From positions 25,732,001-25,796,000 of the forward strand of contig NC_087245.1 of assembly GCF_037042905.1 (NCBI RefSeq): 64,000 nucleotides of DNA, written 5' to 3'. A program made the position numbers and the translations under genes. Below the pieces are notes generated by a model. That model was given only the letters and a program-made list of their open reading frames with translations, searched no databases and had not been told where the DNA came from. Positions 13,501 to 28,249 of this stretch are shown piece after piece. This stretch comes from Lytechinus pictus (taxonomy: Eukaryota). The stretch's first letter is position 1. The number at the start of each line of letters is the position of its first letter.

Positions 13501-16455
13501 TGCATTCAGTGACCAGTGCTTTTGTAATATTGTAATGTTCGATGGTGCTCGAGTATAGTTCACACAACTGCCTCTTTACCATAGTTAAAGGCAGATTTTA
13601 AAGCCTGTCCTTTTTTGTTAAAGGGATGAAATTCGAAATTAAACGTTTTTTTTTCAAAGAGCCCAATCCAAAATCAATAGCTTTTTTAAAATCTAATCCC
13701 TATATGTTCCCATAGTCCGGAGGTTATGTTTTAAGCATGTTCACGATTACAAAATGTCCCGTTTTCAGGCCAATAGATTCAACATTTCAACTTGCATGCT
13801 CTTGGTGATCGTTCAGTGAGATACGTATCTTGTTATTGAATGTCAATTAAACCGTACCACTTTAAAATCCTTTCCGACGGGGCTGTTGAAATCTAAGGTC
13901 GCCCATGTTACGAACGTACAGAACCTCTATTCCCAGCATGGCTGCCTCAACTTCCGATCTTCAAAACTGCACTCATGCCAAATTGTAATGTTCGTTCTAC
14001 TATTTTTAATTGACCCTTATCAGGACTACCGATGACCTTTAACTCATCCATTTTCAAATAAATATATATATTCTCGTGTACTTCAACCTATGTGCATTTC
14101 GAATCAGCCCTGTCTCATATAAAGCACACTAGACCAGATAGTCAGTATCCATTTACGTAATTCTGTAATAACATACGTCCAAATCATGCAAGTTTGATTT
14201 CAAAGAAACGCATCAGAAGATTATTTATGTCGATCTATAACTTGTTATCTGAATTTACCCACCCTCATTTCTATTTGTCTTTCTCTTGTATGTTTTTGAT
14301 GTACACATACTAGTCATACATTTTCTTTCAACTTTGCATTAGCCTACTCTCATGATGAACATGTCAATCGTCTTTTCTATTACGTGATTTGATGTATATA
14401 GGCTACGTGTCGTACGTCTTTTCTGTCAAAAGTTGTCTTTTGTTAGTCTTTATTTTAAAGGAGCTAATATTAACTGAAATAAAAATCAAAACAATGTCGG
14501 ATGCGGTGGGCAGCTTCCTCGACCGCCAAACCAGGGAAAACACGGCCATTATGAAAATGTAAATATCCATTTTATATACTGATTTGGGTTTTCTTAGCGG
14601 TTTAGCTGGTAGCACCGCATTCCGCATTTGTGAAAAAATGTAAAATATATTAACTTTATTCAAGTTCCACCTGTAGTAATAATTATTCTCTTAATTGCGT
14701 TCTGTGTGGTTTTGGGCACTCAACTAAAATAATATTCCACACGTATTTTTTTTTCTTCAAATATTAGGTACAAAATCGTTATAAATTATGTTCATTCATA
14801 GGATAGAAAAGTATGCAACATCTTGGCTAATTGTTAGTAAACTTATTATTTATCCTGGTCAAATAACGTCCTTGAAAAAAACATTACTGTACTCTACTGC
14901 ATAGTCAACATGTCTAATATGCGAAGAAAACACAACGCGACTTTGCCAAGAAAAGTAGGCTATCCTTAAAGAGGTGTGCTTATTTCACACTTCGTAATGA
15001 AACCCTTTTTTCTTCGTAAATTACACCTTGTTGAATACAAAACATTTATTTTTCTATGACTATAGATTAAACTGTATTATGTAACTATTGACTGTTGGTT
15101 ACCACATGACGATAATGGCGTACCCTTATTTAATATTTCAATATATCCCCAGCCATTTTACCGCAAGACAAAGGCATATGGGGGGATACTATGCTGCAAA
15201 GAATCTCAGAAAAACACTCTAAGATAATTTTGCCCCCACACCCTCTTTGAGGTTTAATAAGTTGTAAAGAATTAATTTTGCATAATTTCAGCTAGGGTGT
15301 CCACTAAACGGTTGAAACTTCAGATCACATTGCATTTAATTAATATACAAATAGGGTTATTCCCAGACAGTTGTATGATGCATCAATTTATGTTTCACTG
15401 GCATTGAAGACACGCTTACTTTGGTTTGTTTGTTTTCGCACAGGTGTTTTTTTTTTCCTTTTCTTTCTACAGAGATAACAATCCTTTTATTACGAACCAC
15501 TTTAAAAAAATAAATTGACGAATCAGATTACGCTTCATTTCAATTAGAGACAACAAGAGTACCCAAGAGATATTAACTTTAAAAGCGAGTTTTATACCTT
15601 GCCCCGAGGGGGTAAGATGACAAAGCTGCAAGCAACTTCCAACGGCCAATACGATCGGTGAACTGAAAATATCTAGCATATAATTCAATTTGCTGAAATG
15701 GTGCAGATAAAAATATGCATGGGTAAGGAGATCTCCTTATCGAATTTCAAAATGACGGAATCATGGATGCAATGCGATTCAGAACCAACAACCAGTTCTT
15801 TCTAATATGTTTAACGTGCCTGCATTGTTAAGCCCAATTTATGCCAAAGAGTATGCTTGCATATTCCATATTTTTATAAACGATATAGGCCTTTATTTAC
15901 ATATATATTTATTTTAATTGTTGTTTAACATTGTAATAGGAAGTGAGAGTACAGTGGAATTGGCCGCGGAAGTTAAATATTTGTCGAGCTAAGGTACTTG
16001 CTGTTTTTACCACCACTGCATATTTATGATTATAAGGTAAATGGTTTAAATTTTGTCACAGGGAGTTCAGTTCGGAAGTAAAATTGTCAGAAGTAGTAGT
16101 ACAGACAGTTGCATCGTTTTCATATTGGCACAGGAAGCACATTTTCATCTATGGTACAGGAAGTGAAACTGTTGCCATATTTGGTACAGTGATAATAAAG
16201 TTATGTTGACACATTAGTATTATGTTGAAAACGAAGTGGGATTATGGTTGCATTGTGAGTCGAAATAAAACCGGATATACATCGGCCTATAGTTATTGCT
16301 ATTGTTTAACTTTTCTGTTAATTCAGGATTTGTCTCCAACTTTCAGCAATGTAGCACACTAATATTAACAAATATATATAGAAAAACTATATATATAACA
16401 GTGCAGCAGAGTAATAGCAGGGAATATATTTCTGCCGGCAGAGCAGATACGAGTG

Positions 16456-17032
16456 CACTGTAAAAACGCTGTTTAAAATTTTAAGCACGTTGTTTAAAGG
16501 TATTGTTTAACTTTGTGAGCAGCCGATTAAAAAAATTATCAAACCAACATGAAACATGTGTACAAGTGAATGTATTAGAACTAATAATCCCTGAAAACAA
16601 CCATTATTGAGAATGAAAAGCTAAAACTACAAGGCAAACCCCGATTTTGTAAATAGGCGTCTTATAGACGCCTAAATAGTACACATAAGTATATGGGATG
16701 ACATTAAGATGGTGTTTTCGGTCACTTTATATTTCAATTTTTGAAGCACTATATAATTATTTTCGAACGCAATTTTTTTCTGGGCTTCATTTTTGTAACA
16801 TATCACAGACACAGGTGACAAGTGTGACCTTCTAGCGCAGATTTTTTAAAAGTCAAACCAATGTTAACCAATCACTTTAAGCCCGTCACTCTAACAACTA
16901 TTGTTTAGACTTTTAAAAAAATGTTAAAACTGTTGGAACAAGTTGTTAAAAAAGTTAAAACCATTACAAAAAAGTTGAAACAACTTGTTGCTAGAGTGAC
17001 AGGCTTAGATAACGTGCTATTTTTTTTACTGT
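16456..17032. mobile_element. CACTGTAAAAA-type palindromic MITE containing a nested insertion
   Basis: Arms CACGTTGTTTAA|GCCCGTCACTCTAACAAC and TTGCTAGAGTGACAGGCTTAGATAACGTG rejoin once the insert is removed. Confidence 0.6.
16498..16876. mobile_element. Kolobok-like element, TTAA TSD
   Basis: TTAA|AGGTATTGTTTAAC ... GTTAACCAATCACT|TTAA. Confidence 0.7.
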
Positions 17033-17779
17033 TTACGAACAGGGTTATAAATCACGTGCATGGCCAATGGGAGGATGGTGGCTCCACGCAGTATCCCGAA
17101 TTCCGGGGTAATGGATCCCCCTACACAATATCTGATTATCCGATAATCTGGGCCCCCCCCCCCCCCCCCCCCCCCATCGCTCACAGAGCTCTTGGCCATT
17201 CTTCACCCCAGGCAAAAAAAGACACTCATGTTATGTATACTGGACACCAACGACCTTTGAAAACCAAACGACCAACCAATCACAAACTTAACAAACCCAT
17301 TGATCCGACCATGAGTATAAATGCAAGCCCAACCGAGTCAAAGTTTTTAACAAGCCCAACCTTCAAATCAATTGAAGACGCTATATAGAGCCCCACCAAC
17401 CAACCAATCAAAATTTAACAGCGCGACTATCCAACCAATGATTACACAAGCCCTGCCAACCAAACAATCGAACCTACAAACTAATCCAACCAGCAAAATA
17501 ATAATAAATCGAAAATCACGTATATACTTAAGGTGCAACCATAATTATAGTTCGGACTATTCATGCCCATAGATCTACAGGCTATCCCGTCTTTCTTTCT
17601 TATTCCAAACGACGGTAAAATGAGTGATTGTATCAAAGCAATCCACAAAATTCTTATCAAAACACGTCACTCAAACCAAGGAAGAAGGAGTGGGTTATGT
17701 GTAAATAAACTTCCAACGGAAATTTGAAAGTAAACGACTCAATTTGCACAAAGCATGGAAAATAACTGCCGATATCGCT

Positions 17780-18386
17780 TTCATTCTTATGAAACCCGGT
17801 TCTGCCAATGACTTTCATTTTCCAAAGGTTCGAACATCATATGCTAAATCCACTCTTTTATTCACTGGCCCTAAACTGTGGAGTTCCTTACCAAAAGAAA
17901 TTAAAACTCAGTATCACTCCATTCCTTTAAACGTAATTTCAAAAAGTTCCTGATTGATACAAATTTAACAAATAACAGTAGAGCTTAAAAATCAAACTTA
18001 TCTTTTCTTTTTTTTGTATTGTTTATGTCATTACTCAAGTTATCATTCTAAATTCTTTTCCCATACGTAACGCTATTTGATTTTTTTTAATGAATGTGTT
18101 GATTTTTCTTAACTATTATTTTGAAAGTTATGAATGAGAGCCATATTCACATGCTATCGTTAAGAAATGTCTATTTCGATAGCACTTATCTGCTTATTTT
18201 ATGTTGGGTGCCTGATTTTAAGACTTATTTTGTCTTCTTTGGCTCCCCCACAGTAATGTACATTTCTTTGTATTATTTTTGAACGACTCGGTTCACTTTC
18301 CTTTTCAATAATGTTTGTTTCCTATTTTGTACATATTTGTAATGTTTTTTTTTATATTACTGTGGAAATAAATGATTTGATTTGAT
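17780..18386 (+). mobile_element. 3' fragment of a CR1/L2-group LINE
   Basis: FHFPKVRTSYAKSTLLFTGPKLWSSLPKEIK is a typical ORF2 C-terminus; the 3'UTR ends AATAAATGATTTGATTTGA. Confidence 0.8.
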
Positions 18387-20524
18387 AGTACGCTATCGGA
18401 AGTAACGGTATTGACTGCGCCCCCTGGCATACAATGCATGGTGGAGCGCGATTGGACCGACACAAAGGATAAATTTGACCTTCTTCTTAAGAGCGAGAAC
18501 TTTGATTCGACGGCTAATATTTCTCATTATAATTATCTAAACAATATTTACGATATGTTGTGAATTGTAGGAATATACAGTATATCAAGAATATTAGGAG
18601 TGCACAGGTATCGATCGCTGGTGTCTCACTGCTTCTTGCTGTCCAGCTACCAGTTCAGATCATAAAACAAGAAAGCCCACGTACCAGTGCACTACAAGTG
18701 GAGTTTGAAAACTGCGTGTGAACAGGACTTGCGATCAACGAAACCAATACCATACAATCATGATGAATGGATTCTGTATGATCTTATGATCTTAATATCT
18801 ATATGACATCATTTACAACCCGAATCATCACTTAAAATTGGCATTACCGAGTCCCATGTGGGCTAAATTGTAGATTTATTTATAGAAATCGTTTTGAATT
18901 TCGATGTTCAGATTTATCATTGTCTTACCATATTCCTCTTTTGATGGCATAATAATGTATATTAGAAAGCGGAATCCAGGCATTTTAAAATAAGCAAATA
19001 GAACAAGAATTCGTGACCTCTTTGTTGGTTTTAATATCGGCAGCATTATTCATTTTAATATTTTGTTTACAACGAATTCATTATAAGTCTACGATCTCAT
19101 CCATTCCACAATCAAAAACATTATATAAGTTTATTGTTTTTTATAAGAATTTTTATCTCTGCGATATCTAAACTAATATTCGTACAGTAGTCGCCATCAT
19201 AAAAAAATAAGAAGTCGAAAAAAGGAAGAAGGAGAAGAAGAAGTAGAAGAAGGGGGAGGAGAAGAAGGAGAAGAAGAAGAAGAAGGGAAGTGAAAGAAGA
19301 TAAAAAAGAAGGGGAAGAAGAATAATAAAAAAGCAAAGAAGGGAGAGGGAATGATGATAAGAGGAAGGGGAAGAAGAAAATTAAGGAGAATGAGAAGGAT
19401 ACGGTGAAGGTCTATTGAACAAGTTTCGATATATCGGATATAACCATGGACCTACAAGATATACCACAATGATAAAATCACAACAACAAATACACTTTCT
19501 GCATTTTGGATGGGGAACCGTAAGTTACGAATTCCTCATTATTATAATTAATAATATTCTAACCCATAAAGTATGAATAGAGACCCTCATCAAGAGCAAT
19601 CTCTTAAAATTGTGATGAGGAGTCATTCTCTTTTTATTCGTGGCCAAGTCAAGGCAGGGTGCAACATGGAACATTAAACGATCAGCCTAAAATCATGTAT
19701 GGGTATCAGACCATGAAGAAAGACACTTCGTGTGTTCTTACAAAAGCAGGGAAATATTTGCGATTAGGATCCTAACGCAAATGGGGATTGTCCTTGAAAA
19801 TAAAGTACATGTCCATTTGTAGCAATGCTACTTTGGGTACAGTTATGATGGAATAAATGGATAGCATAGATTTATTCCAGTTGACAATCAATCTATTCTT
19901 CCATCCCTGCAAATGGTTTCAAATGGCCACTGTTCGAATAGCTCTGTCGTTGACGTACAGACACCGTCAAAACCTATCCACATTTTAGCATGAAAGTGAA
20001 ATTATCAAATAGAACTTGATGTTGGACTGGAAAATCTCCGGGTTATTATGGCTATACCTTCCATGGAATGTGCCTTTCATCTATATACAATTCCATCTAC
20101 TACCATCATCACCATCATTATGAAATAACTTGATACACTCTAATTCAGAAATAACATAATTATGGCATATAGAATGTTTCAATCACATCATAGAGATATC
20201 TGATATCACATATCCAAAAGTATATCAAATACAAGGTAAGGTTAGGATTTCAAATGCAGCAATAGTCGTCCATCCGCTCATGTTCGTCTGCACTGATACA
20301 CTAATCACGTAATATCCTTGAACATAGGCAACTTTTTTCGAGTGCCCGGTCACATCGGCAAACCTGACTCCATACTGAACAAAGCTATTATGTTATTTTC
20401 AATAATATGCATCGGTCGAATTGGTATCGTTTTCGTTGGTTTGGCTGTGGCATTTACATAGGCTCTCGGCCTTCGACCTTATTCCGATCACCAAGAATTA
20501 AAAAAATAAAAAAAAACAAAAAAA

Positions 20525-20670
20525 AGTGCACACCTAGTTACAAATAATGCGCAAAGCATTTCCTTTTATTTAAATGCAGGATAAAGAGCATAGGTCTCGT
20601 AGCTAGGGATCGAACCCCGGACTTTCCATGTATAGCCAGGCGCCTTAGACCACTCGGCCACGGCACGGTG
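20525..20670 (-). mobile_element. tRNA-derived SINE fragment
   Basis: Reverse complement GCCGTGGCCGAGTGGTCTAAGGCGCC...GGGTTCGATCCC has A/B boxes but a broken anticodon arm and acceptor stem, followed by a non-tRNA body. Confidence 0.7.
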
Positions 20671-21099
20671 TTGAATAGAAAAAAAATCGATAGACATTGT
20701 TAATGCGTTTATGACGCTCTCTGCGTTTAATGCAAAGGGAATCGGAGCAAAATTACTATCAGGTAGATCCATACGATCTATTTTGGGTAATCCTGAAAAT
20801 ATGACTGGTGTCTGTTTCCATGTTCTTTAAGGTATAATGTAAAACTTTGAGAAATAGGCGGCGATCCCAGGGGAAGGGGTACGTGCTTGCCCCTTCAATC
20901 TTTGAAGGGTTGATCGCCCCCCAGCCCTGCATTAAGGCTTGAAATTTAAATCATATATATATTTTTTTTAATTTAGGAACATTTTTGTAGAATTTTTTAA
21001 TAGATAGTACTAAAGCAAAGCAAAACAAGTCAGCATGTTCAAATCTTAAATAGATAACAAACAAGTGGAATTATTTAGGCAGTATTAAAGTGGTAGGGA

Positions 21100-21302
21100 C
21101 GAAGAAGAAGAAGTAGTAGTAGTAGTACTAGTAGTATTAGAAGTAGTAGAAGTAGTAGCGAAGTAGTAGTAGTAGTGGAAGTAGTAGTAGCACAAGAAGT
21201 AGTAGAAGAAGACGTGGCAGAAGTTGTATTAGTAGTAGTAGTAGTAGTAGTAATAATAGCAGTAGTAGCAGCAGCAGCAGCAGTATGAGTAATAGTAACA
21301 GT

Positions 21303-21334
<32 letters not shown>

Positions 21335-21380
21335 TAGTAGTAGCAGTCGTAGTGGTGGTAGTAGTAGTAGTAGTAGTAGC

Positions 21381-21435
<55 letters not shown>

Positions 21436-21491
21436 ATATCAGTAGTAGCAGCAGCAGCAGTATGAGTAATAGTAACAGTAGCAGCATCAGC

Positions 21492-21566
<75 letters not shown>
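21100..21566. repeat. (AGT)n/(AGC)n microsatellite
   Basis: Direct; explains the poly-Ser and poly-Leu ORFs. Confidence 0.97.
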
Positions 21567-24065
21567 TATACCTGTTTCAATTGATATGGAAATGAATTTA
21601 ACCTGTGAAAATAATCTTTAGTTTTACAATAGAATAGCGCAGGGAATAATGCTGTATATTGCTAAAAAAAATTAATGAGCAACTTATGTTAGAGGAATGA
21701 GAAGAATTAACCTAATTGAAAGGAAATAATCTACCGTAATCGATTGAAAAGAAAATAATCATTAAGAGCTGGGCTAACACTGCCGAGCACTGCATTATAC
21801 TGCATAATATAGAGTTGAAAACAGAAATGCTGCCATCAATCTAAGAAGATAGAAAGTAAGACGGGTATATTAAGGTGAATAGTCCTTGAAATTACATGGG
21901 ACACATCTGCACTTTACAGCAAACATTCACGCTAAAATGATTTCAGTCTTATTCAAGTGTCGAATCAAGATCATTTCCGAAGAAGACATGAATAGTAACA
22001 CCTATCTCCGCACTGATGATGGGCACTCATCGGACAGAAATAAAAGGTTTTTGTGAGGTCAGCTAGCTGCCGGTCATGTCGGTAGGCGAGTCTGAGGATG
22101 ATACGATACCAAGGTGTGTGTGTTTGCGCGCGCTACTTCTTCCCTTTAAGAAAATAAAAGACCTTAGACGCCGAAAACCTCAGACGCCTCAAACCTCATA
22201 CCAACCGAACCTTCAAATCTTGGCAGCACGATTGCAATGATTTTTTTTTTTACCTTGATGTAACCTTCAAGATTGAATAGTTGTTTAGTTATTACATGTC
22301 TGAAAAAACCAAGTTCGTTTTTTAAATTACGCTATATATGCTTATTCATTCGTGCTATCTTTGATCTTAATCAGTGAATAATGATTCGGAAAGGGCAAAT
22401 TTCGGTATAAATACTTTTAAAATAATTCAAAAAATTCGCTTAAAATGCACTTTCAAAATTAATTCATTATGAATTTTGTTGATAACTTTGTCAGCGACGT
22501 CATTACAACAAAAAAAAAAGTCTTCGACGAATTTACTTTGACCATTGATTAAAAACGTCGTCATGAAGTCGTGAATTCTAGCTTAAAATTCAATTTTTAT
22601 ATGATTTTTATCTTAAAAAATTGTGATAGTACATGTATTTTTGGTCTCACATGCAGGTACAAAATCATGCCAAATCTCGGAATCACGTACCCTGACGTCA
22701 TAAATGTGGTCTCAGGAGATGTGCGAGGCTTAAAAAACGTTGGTCCCATCGAGAGCATATATATAGCGTTAGAAATTAATTACGAAAAAAAAATAGTAGG
22801 GGAGGCTAAATCAGCCCAAAATCTTTTAACATTGGCAAACTTGGCTTGAAGTCTTAGGAAAGACTTCGGCCTTGGTGGCTGAAATAAGCGTAACAAATGA
22901 CCGATCATTTCAAAATAACATGTTAAACATTTCTTCTCATTGAGTGTGTCGAAACACATTAATCAAAATCTGTGTAATTCTCCAGTACATTTTGTTTACT
23001 CTCAGTGAATTCATGACGTCACTAATATATTATCAACATGGACATCCTGAATATTTTACATTTGAGCTAGCGTAACGCATGCTAACACAAGTCAGGGCCA
23101 CCGGGTGATTTGCTATTCCAATCGTAACATCGGGTAATTGTCATTACTTGAACGAACATGTGGATCCCTTTGAATAGCTGCTTTGCCGAAAGGGCTCTCC
23201 ATCCTATGACAGAGAAAGAATAAGTAAAATAAACAACTGTGAAAATTTGTTTAATTTCTTTTTTATATATTAAGTATTATCCATTGTGGTACTCATATTT
23301 CTTCAATTTATGAATACTGAATAATTAATTTTCATTTATCATTTCGCGGAAAACGATTAAATCAGCTAAATAGGTTTGACCTTCAAAGGACTTCAACGGA
23401 AAATTACTAATTGAGCCTTATTATATCCCGGCTGCTCGGCCATTTTTCCTCACCAGCTATGAGGTGGTCCATTCATTTACCTGTTTGCTCCTGTCATAGC
23501 GTAAAAGTAAGTAATAACTGCAGTAATAATATGTCGGCATAACATATAAATAAATGCTTCGATATTAATGAAAATGAATCAGCTTAAAATAATTTAGAAA
23601 AAAGACAATTGATGAAAACAAATTACCTCGATTTCTAACATTATCAAAACTATAAAAACAGCTATACAGGAAGAGTATGTCAGAATATCCAATACAATCA
23701 ACTATGTACACAGAGCTTGACAATTTGCAATCTGTGGCCCTTAAGCAGTTGTATTATTCATTGACCAATTGGTATACAGTAGATCATATAATAATGATTC
23801 AAGATAAGCGTTTCTTTTGTTTCTGATTTATTGGCCATCTGTTATCTATCAATATCCTGTCATTAGGTCTACTGAAGTGCATTATTAGATAAAATGTTGT
23901 TCATGAAATGTATTTGCCCATCATAGCAAGCATGTTTTCTTGACATTATGAGGCAGCGTATTATATAACTAGAAGGATACAATTAAATGTAAACGGGTAG
24001 TAAGGTCTGAGAGGTTGTTCCGATGTTCGTTTTAGTTATTTGTTTTGACATTCGACATTCATTCC

Positions 24066-24252
24066 TGGGGGCCGTTTCATAAAGCTGATCGTAAGTTAAG
24101 AGCGACTTTAGGAAAGACTTGTGATCCTTTCTTGTGGTAAATGATATTGACCCTTGAATGTTCATTGGTGCTTTTTTAGAGCGTAAAAAAGTTAACAGGT
24201 CGTTTTTAAAGTTGCTCTTAACTTACGAACAGCTTAATAAAACACCCACCAG
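24066..24252. mobile_element. Palindromic MITE
   Basis: GGGGCCGTTTCATAAAGCTGATCGTAAGTTAAGAGCGAC ... GTTGCTCTTAACTTACGAACAGCTTAATAAAACACC. Confidence 0.75.
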
Positions 24253-24419
24253 TTGTCTAAATCAAATACTTTCTTTTGTTTCAATTTCAAGGTATTTTGT
24301 CATACCTCACACCAAACGTGACATTTGACATGACCTCTGTGTCAGTTGTTATTAAAAATGGATTCCAAGACGAGGGTTCGAAAGGCAACCAGAGTTTTGA
24401 AATTTTATCATTCCTGCCT

Positions 24420-24977
24420 GGCAGCGAAATTATTTTGCCCACCAACGTTCTGGACCCCAAGTCTACATGATATGAATATTCATGACTTACGTTTTCGGAA
24501 TAAGAGTACGTATGCGCGTGTACTTCTTTATTGCGGCGAGGAAAAGAGTCTCCCGATCAAAACAAGTGTGCAATTTTTATTACCTCGTACCAAAATCGAC
24601 ATAGAATTTCAATTTAGCATATTGTATTTGAATAAAGAAAGGCATTTTCGGACGATCTCTTTCTTTGCCGATATCGCACAGGTTAGCGTATTTTGATTAC
24701 TTATCGCTTTTGCGTCAAAATCATGCAGAATAGCGCCATAGTCCAGTCATTATCGTCAGAGTTTACATAATCTAGTGCAACGTGTACAAAGTCAGAGGAG
24801 TGCAGGGTTTAGGAGCGCCGCACGAAATTGCCGAATCTCTATAAGTTTCCTCTGCTTTTAAGTCCACGCACATAGTCCACGCAAATGCGTTCTCTTATTC
24901 CGAAGACGCAGGTCATGGATGTTCATATCATGTAGACCTGGGGTCCGGAACTATGGTGTGAAAATAATTTCCCTGCG
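24420..24977. mobile_element. TIR element with ~65-bp inverted ends
   Basis: GAAATTATTTTG...GGACCCCAAGTCTACATGATATGAA mirrored at 24910-24971. Confidence 0.65.
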
Positions 24978-25689
24978 GACGCTCAACATCCCAACCTTGC
25001 TGCATCATGTGCTTTCCCCGACCTTTTAAGGGGTCAGGATATTGGCTCCAAAGAGGAAACCCTGTTCTAGAGCATGGGTGGGGAACATTCCTTAATCCGC
25101 CCCCTGTTTGTAATGTGAATATTATGGCAAGTACGGTATCGCCCAAGCTGCTCACCATGATGTTACGTTACGAAATCGTTTTATATCGATGACGATGTAG
25201 AAAGTTTTCATGACAGATTATGAAAAAAAAAATGCACTGTATAAAATATATGAGATTTTGTTCATTCCAGTGTGGCATATACATGTACACGATTAGCTTA
25301 CATGTATCTTCAGTGATTTTGAGATGGAGACATAGGTATCTTGCAAAGTCGACTTCTCATAAGCTACATGACATGATAACGTCAGTTATCATGACACGAC
25401 GACTTTCTCGAAATTACATGGCTGGGGCTGTAGAACCTCGGGCGGTTGGGGGCGCCTGCCCCCCCCCCTCACAACACCAATTTTATCTTTGTCAATAAAC
25501 GTCTAAACAATGTTAAGTGACCATCTGATCTGTATTTCTTTTGGTTCGGTCAGCCACCCCCCCCCCCCTCCCTCCTTCACCCAACCACCACCATCACGAC
25601 TTCAAAACCGTTCCGCGTCCTACTTATTTTGATACCTATCTCAATCTATAAAAAGACTCATATTTCATTGGTATTAGTGAGCTATCCTT

Positions 25690-26063
25690 ATCCTTATCCT
25701 TAGACCCCTTTGAATATAACATTTAGTTGAAATTGGACATCTACATTTACATTTAGTGCAATCATTTTCAATTTGATAATCCCTATTCATTTTCTGATGC
25801 GATTATTTTCATGCAAATTTTACCAGTATATCCAGTGCATCGGTTGGTTGGGCGGAGGGACCATTAGGTCACAGTGATTAAGTTTGCTCTCCTCTTCCCT
25901 GGCCACCAACTGATGCACTGGACAAACTGCTATCAAATATTGCACGTACCTGTATGATTTTTATGTCATTTTATGTAATGTTCGATATTGCTTTGTAAAT
26001 TATCTTAAATATGTTTGAAGTGCCGAATAAATAATAAATAAATAAATAAATAAATAAATAAAT
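25690..26063 (+). mobile_element. Probable LINE 3' end with a UTR hairpin and (AAAT)n tail
   Basis: Hairpin CCAGTGCATCGGTTGGT/ACCAACTGATGCACTGG (25832-25921); AATAAA followed by an (AAAT)n tail. Confidence 0.45.
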
Positions 26064-26069
26064 CTCCGC

Positions 26070-26920
26070 TTGAACGTGACAAAGCGGGATACTAAATCAT
26101 TTAGCATGTTTGCATCACGCAATAAAAATGTGATTGTTATTGCGTCACAGCTCTGTGCACCACCGTCCTTAGCTACCAGCGAGCCACAACAATATTTTAG
26201 GCAATTATAAAGAGATTCAGTAATGTGGCAATTTACATCAATTATGCCACCATACCATCGTACCAAGTCTATTGAATGGTCTTACTAAAATGTACTGAAG
26301 GATGATGAATCATGACGTAGATGAGAGTTTGTGCAATCATCTTCAGACTTGGAGGAGAGATGGGAGGTTTTTAGATGTAAGTCGGACGTGGAACATGATT
26401 GATGATAGAATTATTGGCGGCTTATTACCCAGAACATATCTTCCATTTCCATTCTATATTTGTATGTGTGATCCACTCTGTCATTTTCAGTTATGGTTTA
26501 ATCCCTTTTCTCTCTCTTTCTCTTCCCCTCCATTCTTAACATATCTCCCTGTCTGTCTCGCTCTCTCCTCTCTCCTTATACTTAATGTCCCGTTGCCATC
26601 CCCCATCCACCATCTCTATGAACATGCTGAATATCTGATTGTAGCCATGATGACGTCAGTAAAAATAATGAATGAGAGCAGGGAGTAGAAATTGCAGAAA
26701 AAATAGATGCATGTAGGGTCGGACCATGTTTTTTTTTATTCCATTCACACTTTAGAGGTTTGAAAGTGTCAGAGGGAAACGATTGATTAATTTAAAATAT
26801 GTCACTTTCATAAATTTCATTCTTTTCCTTCATTATTTTGATAAATATGGGCAAATTTATAATTATCATTATCATTTAGTAACATTAGTAATATTAATAG
26901 TGAGTAGTAGTAGTAGTAGT

Positions 26921-26954
<34 letters not shown>

Positions 26955-27700
26955 CTGGTAGTAGTAGGCGGTGGGGGAGGACTTATAGCAATATTATTAG
27001 TAGGAGTAATGCAAAGGGGAGAAAAATATCCTATTTGATATGTTCACATCTTCAGTAGATGACAAACCAGTAGAAAATAATTTATAACTTGGACCGAAAG
27101 TGATAGAATACAACCCCTTACAAAAATATATCGATTTCACCTAATTTGCAAATGTCACCGTGCCAAATGAATTTATTGTCACAAAGGCCATCCCCCAAAA
27201 TCACTTATTCCCCCAGATTTGGCGACAAAGATCACCAAATGGAAACACTGGACACACATGCTTGCGTAATGTTGGAACCTACATATTCTAAACGATCGAT
27301 CTGATTCAGAGCAAGACCTTTCCAGCTTTGCTGGGAGCATCGTGAGGGAATGATAAAAGTAATGTTAGATTTTGGGGGGGTATTGGGGGTGCAAGAAAAA
27401 TAGGTAAGCCCTAAATTAAGATGTAAACATATGAAATAAGTAGGCTGTGGAAATTAGATCCTTATAGCATCCCATCTATTTCTGCACGGGGATATTAGAT
27501 ATCAATAGTCTTAGAGGTTTGACGATGAAGTGGAGATGGAATACCTAGCTGCTCCCAATCAATCACACGATTTTAATTCGACTGTGATTGAATTATTCGC
27601 AGCTTTGCTTTCTATAACCCCAAAGTAAAATGCGAGCGATCCCCATATTCATTCATCACGCCCTACCGAGTGGAACATGATCGTCATATTGATTTTACCT
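26070..27700 (-). pseudogene. Decayed Mab-21/cGLR-like gene, copy 5
   Basis: MNEYGD (~27640); HSIDLV (~26262-26280) running into CCGSLVAK...ITITFLLRDANMLNDL (ORF 26000-26266). Confidence 0.5.
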
Positions 27701-28249
27701 CATTGGATTGTACCTTTAATAAATTAATAAATGAAAGGTCATTTACATTTATGTCTTAGATTTGTTTTCGAAACCAACATAGCTCAGGATGAAAATTTTC
27801 TTCGGAATAAGTGACCAATACATGATCAGTTCAATTACTAGTAACTTTGAATAAACTCTTGACTTGCAAAAAATGTATAGGAATCAAGTGTGGAAAATGC
27901 ATGAGATGATTTCTGGCACGCAGGGACGGGTCGAGAATCTAACAAAATAGGTAAGGCGCACCACTGGAGAACTCAAAAAAAGATTTCAAATGTTGTGGCA
28001 TTTATAGTTTTTAAAAATAAGGTTTTTGTTGGCACAAAAATATACGTCTCTGTTAGCGAAAAATTAATTGACGAGAAAATAAAATCACCGCTTTTGGTGA
28101 ATAATCCAGGGGAACGGATCCTTCCCCCTAAGATGCATCAGCCTGAATGTGTAAGGACCAGAAATGAAAATCCTGGCTATGCGACAGGACTTGTTGGAGG
28201 TTTACTTGTTTTTTTATGCTTTTGGATCATTGCCGATTTTGTGCAACTG

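Larger units (their letters stand above)
14050..18900 (-). pseudogene. Decayed Mab-21/cGLR-like gene, copy 3 (multi-exon)
   Basis: IYNLAHMG (~18860); HHDCMVLVSL (~18750); CHLTP...SWVLLLSLIEMK (ORF 15467-15688); VLPAKPLR..MDIYIFIMAVFSL..LP (ORF 14403-14663); ELRKWILTIWSSVL..YLF (~14050-14162). Confidence 0.55.
19890..25150 (-). pseudogene. Decayed Mab-21/cGLR-like gene, copy 4 (multi-exon, interrupted by TEs)
   Basis: HITNRG (~25110); SSWNPFL (~24350-24375); DGE/LSAKQLF with frameshift (cf. cGAS EGEILSASKML, ~23145-23205); HPVALT (~23095); FISV..VPIIS (~22010-22045); ELFEQWPFETICR (~19900-19945, resembles the end of copy 12). Confidence 0.5.

Noticed and set aside
21137..21584. Poly-Leu/poly-Ser ORFs (also 43069-43543 and 19121-19336)
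   Set aside because: Translations of microsatellites
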